Assembly: GCA_023150835.1 (NCBI GenBank)
Contig: JAKLKB010000022.1
Coordinates: 1-64,000, forward strand
DNA from: Myxococcota bacterium
Lineage (GTDB): Bacteria > Myxococcota_C > UBA6777
Reading direction: 5' to 3'
Length of the DNA stretch: 64,000 nucleotides
Shown: one piece after another, positions 1 to 8,924 of the stretch
Position numbering within the stretch: the first letter of the stretch is position 1
Layout: every line of letters starts with the position of its first letter
Notes under the pieces: generated by a model
The model's input: the letters and a program-made list of their open reading frames with translations, nothing else
The model's database searches: none
What the model was told of the DNA's origin: nothing
Program-made: the position numbers and the translations under genes

Positions 1-174
1 GCGTCTGCGTCTCGTGCATACAGCGTGCGTCACGAAAAAACAACATCCCCGCTGCTTCCGACTTTCGCTCCCTCCCCTGTTCACGGGGGAGGGCTGGGGT
101 GGGGGGCCAACAAGCGCTTAACCTAACGCCTATGGGGCAAAGCCCCACCAAGCCGACGAAGAAAGGGCAACCAA

Positions 175-1512
175 GTGAAGAGACGATTGAGCTTGTATAC
201 GCTGATCTTTTGCATGTTGTCGTGGTTTCAATGGTCTTGTGGGGTGGGTTCGGGGGATTTGCACATACATGGGGAAGAAGACACACACGGACAGTTGGAT
301 GATGGGCGAACCGAACAAGCCTTGAAGGTCTCCGAAGCGATCTCGACACGCTGTTCAACATCGGCAGTTCGGGGGCTTTCGGAGCAATTATTGGCGGAGA
401 TCAACTGTATTCGCCCCGGGACGATGGCCTCGATCAGCGGGATCAGTGGTGTGACTTTGGGGAGTGCGGTGTTGCCTTGGCTGCAAAAGCCTGCGGCGGA
501 TGCTTTGCGACGAGCGGTGTCTGCCCGAAAAACCAGCATGTACATCACTTCGGCGATCCGAACGCTTCCGCAACAATACTTGCTTTACGAGTGGTATCGA
601 CGTGGGCGTTGTGGGATCTCTTTGGCGGCCTCGCCCGGAAACAGCAACCACGAAGCGGGATTGGCGATCGACACCAGCGATTATGGGGGGTGGCGTCCGA
701 CACTTTCCAACTATGGCTTTCGATGGTTGGGCGGAAACGATCCTGTACACTTCGATTATGTCCAAGGCGGCGTCGATCTGCGGGGTCTGTCGGTCTTGGC
801 TTTCCAACGCCTGTGGAATCGCAATTATCCCAACGACCGCATCAGCGAAGACGGCGGTTATGGCGCACAAACCGCCTCGCGCATCGCCCGCGCCCCGGGT
901 GATGGATTCCCCGTCGGAGCCGTCTGCAACAACCCACAACCTCCCAAACCCCCCGTCACTTCGCCCAATCCTCCCGACAACACCGAAACCACCGACGCCA
1001 TCGAAGTCTACTGGGCGCGTGAAGCAGACGGACGCTACAAGCTCCATGCACTCGCCCCATCGCGCATCGTCAAAGTCGAATACTACGTCGATAACTTCCT
1101 GATCGCCCTCTCCGAACGCTCGATCGCAGACAACTTCCCCGCGTTCTACCGCTTTACGGTCGAAAAACAACAACGCCTCTTTGAAGTGCGCGGCTTCGAT
1201 GCCAACGGAAAGCGCGTCGGCTTGGGCGTCGGTATGCTCGATGTCACCGACGGAACCTCCTTCTCCATCCGCCAACTCGGCGAACGCCTCTACGAAGTCT
1301 CCCTCGAACGCCCCCCCTCCGATGTCTCCGCCATCGAAGTCGACGTCGACCGCTTCCCTCTCACCGACACCACCAGCAACCAGCGCCGCAGCACCCGACT
1401 CGCCGTCCGCTTCGCCCTCCAACAGATCGGACTGCGCCAAGTCTCCCTCTCCACCTTCCACTCCGACGGCTCTCTGCGCGGTACCCTCCAACGCTCCTTC
1501 ACCTTCCGCTAA
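175..1512 (+). CDS. M15-family (VanY/D,D-carboxypeptidase-like) zinc peptidase with peptidoglycan-binding segment; probably a secreted lipoprotein
   Basis: SNHEAGLAID (SxHxxGxAxD) and DPVH zinc motifs; AFQRLWN...DGGYGAQT resembles a PG-binding domain; N-terminal signal ending WSC; Pro-rich linker to a C-terminal beta domain. Confidence 0.8.
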   Translation: MKRRLSLYTLIFCMLSWFQWSCGVGSGDLHIHGEEDTHGQLDDGRTEQALKVSEAISTRCSTSAVRGLSEQLLAEINCIRPGTMASISGISGVTLGSAVLPWLQKPAADALRRAVSARKTSMYITSAIRTLPQQYLLYEWYRRGRCGISLAASPGNSNHEAGLAIDTSDYGGWRPTLSNYGFRWLGGNDPVHFDYVQGGVDLRGLSVLAFQRLWNRNYPNDRISEDGGYGAQTASRIARAPGDGFPVGAVCNNPQPPKPPVTSPNPPDNTETTDAIEVYWAREADGRYKLHALAPSRIVKVEYYVDNFLIALSERSIADNFPAFYRFTVEKQQRLFEVRGFDANGKRVGLGVGMLDVTDGTSFSIRQLGERLYEVSLERPPSDVSAIEVDVDRFPLTDTTSNQRRSTRLAVRFALQQIGLRQVSLSTFHSDGSLRGTLQRSFTFR

Positions 1513-1522
1513 GAAACGTTCG

Positions 1523-1650
1523 TGCGATCCGCTGTAAACGCGCTGTGGGCGGGCAGCCACAGGGGGCTGCCCCTACATATTGCGCTCGCGCTGTGGGCGG
1601 GCAGCCACAGGGGGCTGCCCCTACATATTACGCTCGCGCTGTGGGCGAGT
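1523..1650. repeat. GTAG-type REP hairpins, 2 full copies and 1 partial
   Basis: GGGCAGCCACAGGGGGCTGCCCCTACA twice (reverse strand reads GTAG+palindrome); same unit near 7605-7658, 26590-26644, 48176-48217 (inverted) and 61607-61651; related hairpin at 12510-12543. Confidence 0.8.
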
Positions 1651-1690
1651 TTCGTGTGATGGGGCGCAGATATCCGCGCCGAGATGAATT

Positions 1691-1806
1691 GCACACTTTT
1701 TCCCAAAACGTTGCACTCTGCACACTTTTTCCCAAAACGTTGCACTCTGCGCACTTTTTCCCAAAACGTTGCACTCTGCGCACTTTTTCCCAAAACGTTG
1801 CACTCC
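1691..1806. repeat. 29-bp tandem repeat, 4 copies, no spacers
   Basis: Unit GC(A/G)CACTTTTTCCCAAAACGTTGCACTCT starts at 1691, 1720, 1749 and 1778. Confidence 0.95.
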
Positions 1807-1832
1807 GCACCAGCACGCTCCCAAACGCAACG

Positions 1833-2129
1833 AGAAGCGAACCTTGCATCATGACTCGGTGAGCTTGCGTGACGGCTTTGCAACCTTGGTTTTTGGGGAT
1901 GGAAACCAGACGGCTGTGGATGCGCTGTTCCCATAGCCAAAATCTCTTGCTATTTCAGCGAGATAAAAAACCACCTATTCAGCACACACAAGCCCCCCCA
2001 AACCAAGCGTCTCCTCCCTCTTTTGGCTCGAAAAGCGTCCGCTGCGGAAAATCGGGCTTCATGGGTCGAAAACCAAGGAGCAAAACCCAAAATCCAAGGG
2101 TGAAAATCCAAAAACCAAGATTTGCTTCT
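1833..2129. repeat. Long imperfect inverted repeat with 21-nt periodic arms
   Basis: (C/G)CTTG at 1842, 1863, 1884; CCAAG at 2073, 2094, 2115; 1833-1910 aligns without gaps to the reverse complement of 2052-2129; inner stem AGCCAAAA 1935-1942 with TTTTGGCT 2021-2028. Confidence 0.7.
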
Positions 2130-2192
2130 GGATGACGCGTTGCGCAAAGTCGGCACATTGCACAAAAACATCGCGAGACAAGAGAAGGGTGG

Positions 2193-3092
2193 TTAGTTGG
2201 GTTGTGGGATCGGTGAGTCGTTGTCGTCAGTGTCTTCGTCGGAATCTTGGTCTGTGGGGGGAGTGGCCTTGTTGGAGCGGCGGGTTGCGAGACCGAGAGA
2301 GATCAGTTGGGTGCGACGGAGGTTGGCAGCGCGTGCGGTTTGGCTCCATTCGGCAAACCACTGTGCGATCTGGACGAGCCATTGGTCTTGTTTGGCTTGG
2401 AGGGTTTCGGCGTCGACAAGGTGGGCGGTTTGAGGGGAGCTTTTTGCGGTGTGGAGCCATGCGCGGAGTTGTTGAAGGATCTCGGGGGAGAGGATCTTGC
2501 GTTGGTAGAGGAGTTGAGCGGCTTCTTTGTCCTGTTTGGCGGAGGCTTTGCGTTCGGGGCGAGAAGCGTTTTCAAGGGCTTCGACGCGATCCAAGAAGGT
2601 TTGTATGGAAAGGACGGCTCTTTCGCCTTGTTCGGCTTTGAGGTCGTGGAACAAAAAAGCGTGTTGTTCGGGATAACGATACTGAAGGGCAGCGCTTGCG
2701 CGTCGGAAGTTGGGTTCATCCCATCGATCAAGGGACGCGATCGCTTCTTTGTAAGAGGCCGTGTTGGGTGCGGCTTTGGGTTGATTGTACGCGGAAAGTT
2801 GGTGCAAAAGCTCCCAACCTTCTTGATGGTCTTTGGGGGAATAGCCGACATCTTCGAGATGCCGCATGATCACAGGGTAGCGACCAAGCGCCATCAAAAA
2901 TCGAAAGGCGCGTTCGGGGGCTTTTTCGAGCTGGTGGCGGGAAAACAACGTCGAAGAGAGCGCAGCCGAAGGGGCAGCAGCAGGAGGGACAGCAACAGCA
3001 GGGACAGACACAGAAGACGCAGCGTCCGAAGAAACATCGCCCGAAGGCACAGATACTGTGGATTGTGCAGACTTTTTGCGAGGCGCAGCCAT
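2193..3092 (-). CDS. Hypothetical alpha-helical protein (~299 aa)
   Basis: ATG at 3092 preceded by GGAG; low-complexity N-terminus, helical core (GYSPKDHQEGWELL, LDRWDEPNF, FLDRVEALE, WFAEWS...LISLGL), acidic tail; resembles uncharacterised Myxococcota proteins (from memory, not searched). Confidence 0.75.
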   Translation of the reverse strand: MAAPRKKSAQSTVSVPSGDVSSDAASSVSVPAVAVPPAAAPSAALSSTLFSRHQLEKAPERAFRFLMALGRYPVIMRHLEDVGYSPKDHQEGWELLHQLSAYNQPKAAPNTASYKEAIASLDRWDEPNFRRASAALQYRYPEQHAFLFHDLKAEQGERAVLSIQTFLDRVEALENASRPERKASAKQDKEAAQLLYQRKILSPEILQQLRAWLHTAKSSPQTAHLVDAETLQAKQDQWLVQIAQWFAEWSQTARAANLRRTQLISLGLATRRSNKATPPTDQDSDEDTDDNDSPIPQPN

Positions 3093-3428
3093 CAAGCAAC
3101 TCCTTATTCCATCACGAAACAGCGCCCTTCGTCCCATCACGAAGCAGCGCCCTTCGTTCCATCGCGAAGTAGTGGGGAAATCGACCCAAGATCGCGGACA
3201 CAAGCCCCTTGCAGAGAACCCGATGTGATGTGGGTCCTTGTTTCTCTGTGGGTGTTCTCTCAAAAGCAACGGCAAGCCTTCTTTTATTCTACATCTCTTA
3301 GACGATAAAAAGCAACCGAAGTCCTAGCCCACCCACAAACCAGAGCAAGCGCTGCACTCAACAGCCAACCCCCGAATTCGCGCCGACACGCCTCCCCTGC
3401 GCTTTGATGACGCGATCAGCACCCAAAC

Positions 3429-3569
3429 CCCCCGTGTTCGCGCCCGCCAAGCGACAACCACCAGACTTTTTAACGCCCATATCCGTGCGTAGCCAAAACC
3501 CCCGTGTTCGCGCCCGCCAAGCGACAGCGCTGTCTGTTTGAAAAACGATGTTGGTTTCGCCGATCCCAC
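3429..3569 (-). repeat. Partial copies of the ~120-bp dispersed element (its end duplicated, period 70)
   Basis: CCCCCGTGTTCGCGCCCGCCAAGCGACA at 3429 and 3499, continuing into TTTGAAAAACGATG...TTCGCCGA. Confidence 0.7.
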
Positions 3570-3712
3570 ACCAACAAAAAAACCCACACCAACAAAAAAA
3601 CCCACACCAACAAAAAAACCCACACCAACAAAAAAACCCACACCAACAAAAAACCCACACCAGCAAAAAAACCCACACCAGCAAAAAAACCCACACCAAC
3701 AAAAAAACCCAA
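3565..3712. repeat. 18-bp tandem repeat, ~8 copies
   Basis: Unit CCCACACCA(A/G)CAAAAAAA. Confidence 0.95.
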
Positions 3713-3723
3713 ACACAGGAGAG

Positions 3724-4590
3724 TCATTTAGCCCAAGAGGGACGTTGACAAGGGAGGGCTTTTCCGCTCCAGAGGGCGAGGAAGTCTTTGTGGGAGTAGC
3801 GGATTGCGCCGCGAGCGGGGTCCCAGACAAGGATGCGGTCGTGTTCTGTGCCAGCGAAGACAGCGGCGTGGTCTTCTTGTGGGCTGCGGGGGGATAGGCG
3901 GATGAAGAGGATGAGGGGTGGTTTTTGCTGTTGGAGTTGAGAGAGCGTCCATGTAGCGCGTTGGCAGGAGATACCGAGGGTGGCGAGTCCATAAACGATT
4001 TGAGAGTCGGAAGTTCCCAGAACTCGGGAGGTACGAAGGAGTTGAACCATCTCGCGTTCGGAGGTTTCGCGGCCCCAAGCGCGGAGGACGGAAGCGGCGC
4101 TGGCAGCGGCACAAGAGACGGGGGAAGTTTGGATGACGACGGGGCCTTGGATGATTGGATCACGCAGATCGACGAGGGCGGTTTCGGTGCAGAGCCAATG
4201 GCCGGATTCGACGATCACAGCGAGCAAGACCCCAGCGATGGGGAGTTTCCAGCGTTCGGCGTGACCGCTATCAAAGGCGACTTGGACGGCAAGGGCGGAG
4301 AAGAAGACGTAGGCAAACAGGACGGCGCACCAGATCGAGGGTCCGAGAGAATGGCCGACCCACAAGGGCAAGGCCCACTCCATCTTGGGATACTTCGAGA
4401 GTCCGTAGCCGTAGAGCATCGGCAGGAACACCAAAGCAAGCATCACGTAAAGATAAGGCGCGTGATGCAACACCTCTTGCAAAGGCAAACTGCCACCGGC
4501 TTTTTTGCGCAAACGTCGGGCCTCACGGTATCCTGCCCAGATCGCAACAACGTACACAAGAAGATGTAGCCACAAAGGAATCGCGGTCAT
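3724..4590 (-). CDS. Membrane protein with C-terminal C39-like cysteine peptidase domain
   Basis: About 4 hydrophobic segments, then QTSPVSCAAAS (Gln/Cys), DHAAV (His), VWDPARG (Asp); ATG overlaps the upstream TGA (ATGA). Confidence 0.75.
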   Translation of the reverse strand: MTAIPLWLHLLVYVVAIWAGYREARRLRKKAGGSLPLQEVLHHAPYLYVMLALVFLPMLYGYGLSKYPKMEWALPLWVGHSLGPSIWCAVLFAYVFFSALAVQVAFDSGHAERWKLPIAGVLLAVIVESGHWLCTETALVDLRDPIIQGPVVIQTSPVSCAAASAASVLRAWGRETSEREMVQLLRTSRVLGTSDSQIVYGLATLGISCQRATWTLSQLQQQKPPLILFIRLSPRSPQEDHAAVFAGTEHDRILVWDPARGAIRYSHKDFLALWSGKALPCQRPSWAK

Positions 4591-5087
4591 GGCAGGGCCT
4601 CGTTGGGTTTGAAGTGAAAGAGGCGGGGATCTTGGGGGCCATCGACGGCCAAGATCCCGACGTGGTGTTGAGAAAGATACGCAAGTCCATTTTCGCCGAT
4701 GTATCCGCCGCCGACGATGATGACTTTTTTGATCCCAGCGTGATGGATAAGTTTGGCGCACATCAGGCAGGGTTCCCCTGTGACAAAGAGCCAAGCACCT
4801 TGGGTGGGGACGCCCGAAGCAGCGCAGTTACAGATGACGTTCATCTCGGCGTGATGGCAACCGATCTCCATGCGCATCCCAGAAGGGATCGCCATCGTGT
4901 CGCGCAAACATTCATCGCCGCCGCAGAGTTCACCCCCTCCACGCGGCCCGCCGTTGTAGCCGTCCATCAAGACGACGTTGCGTTCAGGGTCAAGCAACAA
5001 AGCCCCAAACTTGCGGCGCGGACAGTTCGAGGCTTTGGCAAGGGCGAGACATTGTTCGATGCGGATCTGTACATGCTTTTCTTTCAC
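4587..5087 (-). CDS. dCMP deaminase family (ComEB-like) protein
   Basis: GYNG, HAEMN and PCLMC zinc-deaminase motifs; GTG start with AAAGGA upstream. Confidence 0.9.
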   Translation of the reverse strand: MKEKHVQIRIEQCLALAKASNCPRRKFGALLLDPERNVVLMDGYNGGPRGGGELCGGDECLRDTMAIPSGMRMEIGCHHAEMNVICNCAASGVPTQGAWLFVTGEPCLMCAKLIHHAGIKKVIIVGGGYIGENGLAYLSQHHVGILAVDGPQDPRLFHFKPNEALP

Positions 5088-5304
5088 GCAGTTTCCTTTC
5101 CGAATGCTCGGCGGTTGGGGATACAAGAAAAACTCATTGCATCAGGCGCTAAGATCTCGTATGATTTGGCCCAATTCTATGCGCAAGGCATCTTTATACA
5201 ACACTTTGCGGGATCGCGCCAAGAAGTGTTTGAGGCCGAGGAAAGGGAGATCGGCGTCATGTTGCTTGCGCATCATCCATCCCCCAGATCGCAAAGGATC
5301 ACCC

Positions 5305-7557
5305 ATGTCCACCACAAATATCCGCTTCCGTGACCCCCAAACAGGCCAGATGCACACCGTTCAAGCCGAACTCGTCAAGAAAGTCAAACAAGACAACCCC
5401 CAAAGTACCGAAGCTCTCAAGCACAATCCCAAAGACGGCAAGATCGATCTGTTTGTCCAAGCCGACAAAAATTACAGCGATGGCTACGGCAAAACCAACC
5501 GCGAAAGCTACCACCTGCAAATCAACAGCACCGCCCTCAGCAACGAACAAGTCAAAGCCCTTGCAGAAGCCCTGCGGGGTGGCAGCGACAATGCGATCCA
5601 GATCGATGAAGGGCGGGGATTCACGGTCTTTTCGGCACAATCCGACATCTACTCCGAGCGTTCTCGGTTGTTTGGACAAGATCGCCACAACCCCAACGTC
5701 AGTTTGACTGGAAACGACGCTGACAAGGTGTTTTTGAGCCGCAACGGTGTGTTTTCGACAGCGGCAGGAACGGCCCCTGCGAACCTCAAAGAAAGCGCCA
5801 AAGCCCTGTACAACGCAGCCGAGACAGCGGACAAACTCGCAGAAGGTCAAAACCTGTTTTCGCTTGGCGAAGTCTCGCAGACCACCAAAAAGAACACGCT
5901 TTCGCAGATCCGCGAAACGCTCGAACAAGCCCGCACCAGCAGCGAACTTTCGCCCAACGAAGCGGCCCAAGTCCGAAGCAGCGCAGCCACCGTGTTGACG
6001 GAGATGCTCAGCAGCCTCGGCAACAAAGGCACCGATGCGAAACTCAAGCAGCAAGCCTTTGCACAACTCAACCAACTGATCCAAAACGAGACGATTGGTG
6101 GCCTCAAAGAATCGATGATCTTTAACGCAGTGCGTGTACAATCGGGCCTTGGCGACGTGGATCGCGCCACAGTCGACAAACTGCGCGCCGAGATCGCCCC
6201 CACCCATCCGCCCACCGACCAGTGGTTTGCCGATGGCAAGCGCGAGCTCAACATCAGTTTTGCAGCGGGTCATGGCGAAGGCTTCTACGAAGGCATCACC
6301 GACTACTTCAAGCAACAAGGATTTACGGTCAAAAGCGAAGGCAACCGCTCAAGCTGGAACGCCGAACCCCGCCAACTTCAACTGACCAAACGCATCAACG
6401 GCGAAGAATACAAAGTCAACGTCGATCTACGGGACTTCAAAGACGATTCGTTCAAAGATATCGCCAACGACAAATACGATGTCGTCGTGTACCAAGGACA
6501 CAGCAACCTCGGAAACAACACGCGCAACTCGCTCAAAAATGCTCCCGACGCCACAGGCAAAGACAAGCTGATCTTCCTCGGCCTGTGTTCGGGCAAAGAC
6601 AACATCGACGGCGTGCGCGAAGCGTTCCCCGAAGCCCAGATGGTGACCACCTTCAACTCTTCCTACTTCAACACCAAGCCGATCGCAGGCGGCGAGGTGC
6701 AATTCACCCAAGGCGAAGACGCCAAAGCCTTGATGCAGATCGTCAACGGCGCGCTCAATCGGGCATCATGGAACGATATCAACAAAGGTATCCGTGACAA
6801 CGCGGTGGGCTGGAGCCACAAAGACGGAACCATCGGAAACTACGTCACCCCGCTCGATCTGCAACTCAACGCCCGCTTTCGAGACACCGACAATGACGGC
6901 CAAGCCATGACGATGGATCGGCACTTTAACCTCGATGTGATGGAAGTGCGCCCCGGTGTCAGCTCGGGCCTAACCCCTCGCGACAACAACGCCGAGGGAC
7001 GCAAACTCAATGGCGAACTCCCCCATCTCGCGGCAGCCTTCGCCAACACGATGGATCTCTACAATCCGACCTATGACCAATTCAGCCACAAAGGCCGGAT
7101 CATGGCGGATGGCTATTACAAAGGCAACGACAACGATCCGATCGTGAAGTTTGAGACGCGCACCGAAAATGGCGAAAAAGCCTTCGTGATGAAAGTCAAC
7201 GAACGCTACGCCCACATCGGCGAAGAAGCCTTGCGCGCCATCACGATGGTGGAATACAACCGTCACCTCGCCAAGACCGAAACAGGCTACCCGATCAAAG
7301 ACAAGACCGAGCGCGAGTTGGTGGGCTTGTTGACGGCAGCAGCGAGCTTGACTTACGACGCAGGATACCGCGATGCAGCGGTGTTTGAAGCCCTCGTCAA
7401 GCACTACAACCTCCCCGCCGGTCTGCGTTGGAGCGATGCAGGAGGCCTGATCGATCAAGAACACCACGACTACACAGGATCTGCTCAAATGGCCAGAAAA
7501 TGGATGGAAAAACTCTCTCCCGAAACCCTCCAAGCCCTTCGTACCGCCCTCCAATAA
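5305..7557 (+). CDS. Hypothetical protein (~750 aa) with possible caspase/gingipain-like His-Cys domain
   Basis: Long ORF with consistent codon usage; AAAGGA RBS; YDVVVYQGHS and LIFLGLCSG strand-His / strand-Cys motifs. Confidence 0.7.
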   Translation: MSTTNIRFRDPQTGQMHTVQAELVKKVKQDNPQSTEALKHNPKDGKIDLFVQADKNYSDGYGKTNRESYHLQINSTALSNEQVKALAEALRGGSDNAIQIDEGRGFTVFSAQSDIYSERSRLFGQDRHNPNVSLTGNDADKVFLSRNGVFSTAAGTAPANLKESAKALYNAAETADKLAEGQNLFSLGEVSQTTKKNTLSQIRETLEQARTSSELSPNEAAQVRSSAATVLTEMLSSLGNKGTDAKLKQQAFAQLNQLIQNETIGGLKESMIFNAVRVQSGLGDVDRATVDKLRAEIAPTHPPTDQWFADGKRELNISFAAGHGEGFYEGITDYFKQQGFTVKSEGNRSSWNAEPRQLQLTKRINGEEYKVNVDLRDFKDDSFKDIANDKYDVVVYQGHSNLGNNTRNSLKNAPDATGKDKLIFLGLCSGKDNIDGVREAFPEAQMVTTFNSSYFNTKPIAGGEVQFTQGEDAKALMQIVNGALNRASWNDINKGIRDNAVGWSHKDGTIGNYVTPLDLQLNARFRDTDNDGQAMTMDRHFNLDVMEVRPGVSSGLTPRDNNAEGRKLNGELPHLAAAFANTMDLYNPTYDQFSHKGRIMADGYYKGNDNDPIVKFETRTENGEKAFVMKVNERYAHIGEEALRAITMVEYNRHLAKTETGYPIKDKTERELVGLLTAAASLTYDAGYRDAAVFEALVKHYNLPAGLRWSDAGGLIDQEHHDYTGSAQMARKWMEKLSPETLQALRTALQ

Positions 7558-7604
7558 CCAAACGCCCAGACAATGCCCGAGAGAAGTATCCACAAAGGGA
7601 GGGG

Positions 7605-7658
7605 GCGATCTGTTGTAGATGCCCTGTTCTTGGGCAGCTACGAAGGACCGCCCCTACA
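7605..7658. repeat. REP-like element (degenerate)
   Basis: GCGATCTGTTGTAGATGCCCTGTTCTTGGGCAGC...GCCCCTACA between convergent genes. Confidence 0.65.
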
Positions 7659-8361
7659 TCTTCCGTACACACGATGGGCGGATCTCGTATGATTCGCGGG
7701 CGTGGGGGTGTGGGATTTGGACAGGGTGAAGACGAAAAGGATGGGGTTGGATATCGAAGACGGTGGGGGGCCGCTCGCTTTCCCAAGTGGTGACGTTGAG
7801 AAAGATCGTTGATTCCTCGGACCAGAGTCCGCCGTCTTGGTGGATATGGCCGAAGAGATGGACTTTTGGAGAGGTGCGGCGGACGGCAGCCCGCAGATCG
7901 GCACATCCTGCGCGTCCGTCCGTAGGTCCGCGATCTCCGATGCCCTGTGGAGGGCCGTGTGAGATCAAGATATCGGTGTGGGAAGGGATCAGCGCCCACT
8001 TGTCGGCGAGCGCGCTGCCACGAGGAAGATTGAATGCCCAGTCGTTGTAAGCAGGCTGCCACGGACTGCCCCAAAAGCGCAGACCATCGAGGATGACGCC
8101 GCTGTCTTCGAGATAGATCACGGATGGATCGAGCATTGCGAGGGCTTGTTCGCGGTGTTCGGCGAAACAGCGGTCGTGGTTTCCTGCGATGATCACCTTG
8201 TAGCGATGGGGAAGATCGCTCAGCCATGCAGCGACAAACGCCCATTCATCGAGCGTTCCGGCTTGTAGGAGATCACCTGCATGGAGAAAGACATCCCCAA
8301 AAGGGATCTCTCCGAGATCGGCTTGGTAAGTGTGTGTGTCTGCGACAGCCACGATACGCAT
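7654..8361 (-). CDS. Metallophosphoesterase (calcineurin-like, MPPED type)
   Basis: ADTH, HAGD, GNHD, SHGPP and GHIH motifs; AGGAGG RBS before MRIVAV. Confidence 0.9.
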   Translation of the reverse strand: MRIVAVADTHTYQADLGEIPFGDVFLHAGDLLQAGTLDEWAFVAAWLSDLPHRYKVIIAGNHDRCFAEHREQALAMLDPSVIYLEDSGVILDGLRFWGSPWQPAYNDWAFNLPRGSALADKWALIPSHTDILISHGPPQGIGDRGPTDGRAGCADLRAAVRRTSPKVHLFGHIHQDGGLWSEESTIFLNVTTWESERPPTVFDIQPHPFRLHPVQIPHPHARESYEIRPSCVRKM

Positions 8362-8924
8362 ACTTGCGCCCTCCTGTTTGCTGTGGATTTCTCTTGCGTT
8401 AGAACAAACCTTCGAGTATATCACTTCACCTTTCGCGGACAGGTGCTTATGGTGAGACAAAGGTGCGGCCACAACAGGCGTATCTTCGCTCATAGCAGCG
8501 CCGAAGAATCCGCTTGTGGTGCGGAGGTTGAACCGATCGCCGCACAAGGGCGTCCAAGCGTTGGTGTGCCGAGGCTCCCCCAAAAGGAAGGTTCGACAAA
8601 TGTCCTTCTTGGTGGTACGTTGCAAGGCGGCACCTTCGATTTCTCGGGTATGTGCGGGGCTTGCTGGGTTGGCAAGACGACATCCCGAACGAAGCACCCT
8701 CGGAAGCGCGGTCGCATCCGTGACGTCGCATTCGTTGTGTGTGCAGGAAAGAGAGAAATCCATGCTGATGTCTACAGGTTTGAATCATCGTACCCTCTCT
8801 GCACAAGACCGTATCCGCTACATCCGCAGCGCGGGCCCCAAGTGGAAAGCCAAGACATCGGCTTGTTCGTTGTACCTTGCCTTGTATTCGATGTACAAAG
8901 TGCGCACGCCTCGGAGAATGTCGG

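Noticed and set aside
1691-1806. 29-bp repeats as a CRISPR array
   Set aside because: Units are head-to-tail with no spacers, and there are no cas genes in the window.
3324-3897. Repetitive ORFs such as PTKKPT, QQKNPH and FFVGVG
   Set aside because: These are translations of the 18-bp non-coding array; the same applies to KAPQ/FCGA ORFs at 16013-16152.
8362-8924. ORFs in the region between the phosphoesterase and the HTH protein
   Set aside because: No motif, RBS or consistent codon pattern; treated as divergent intergenic DNA.
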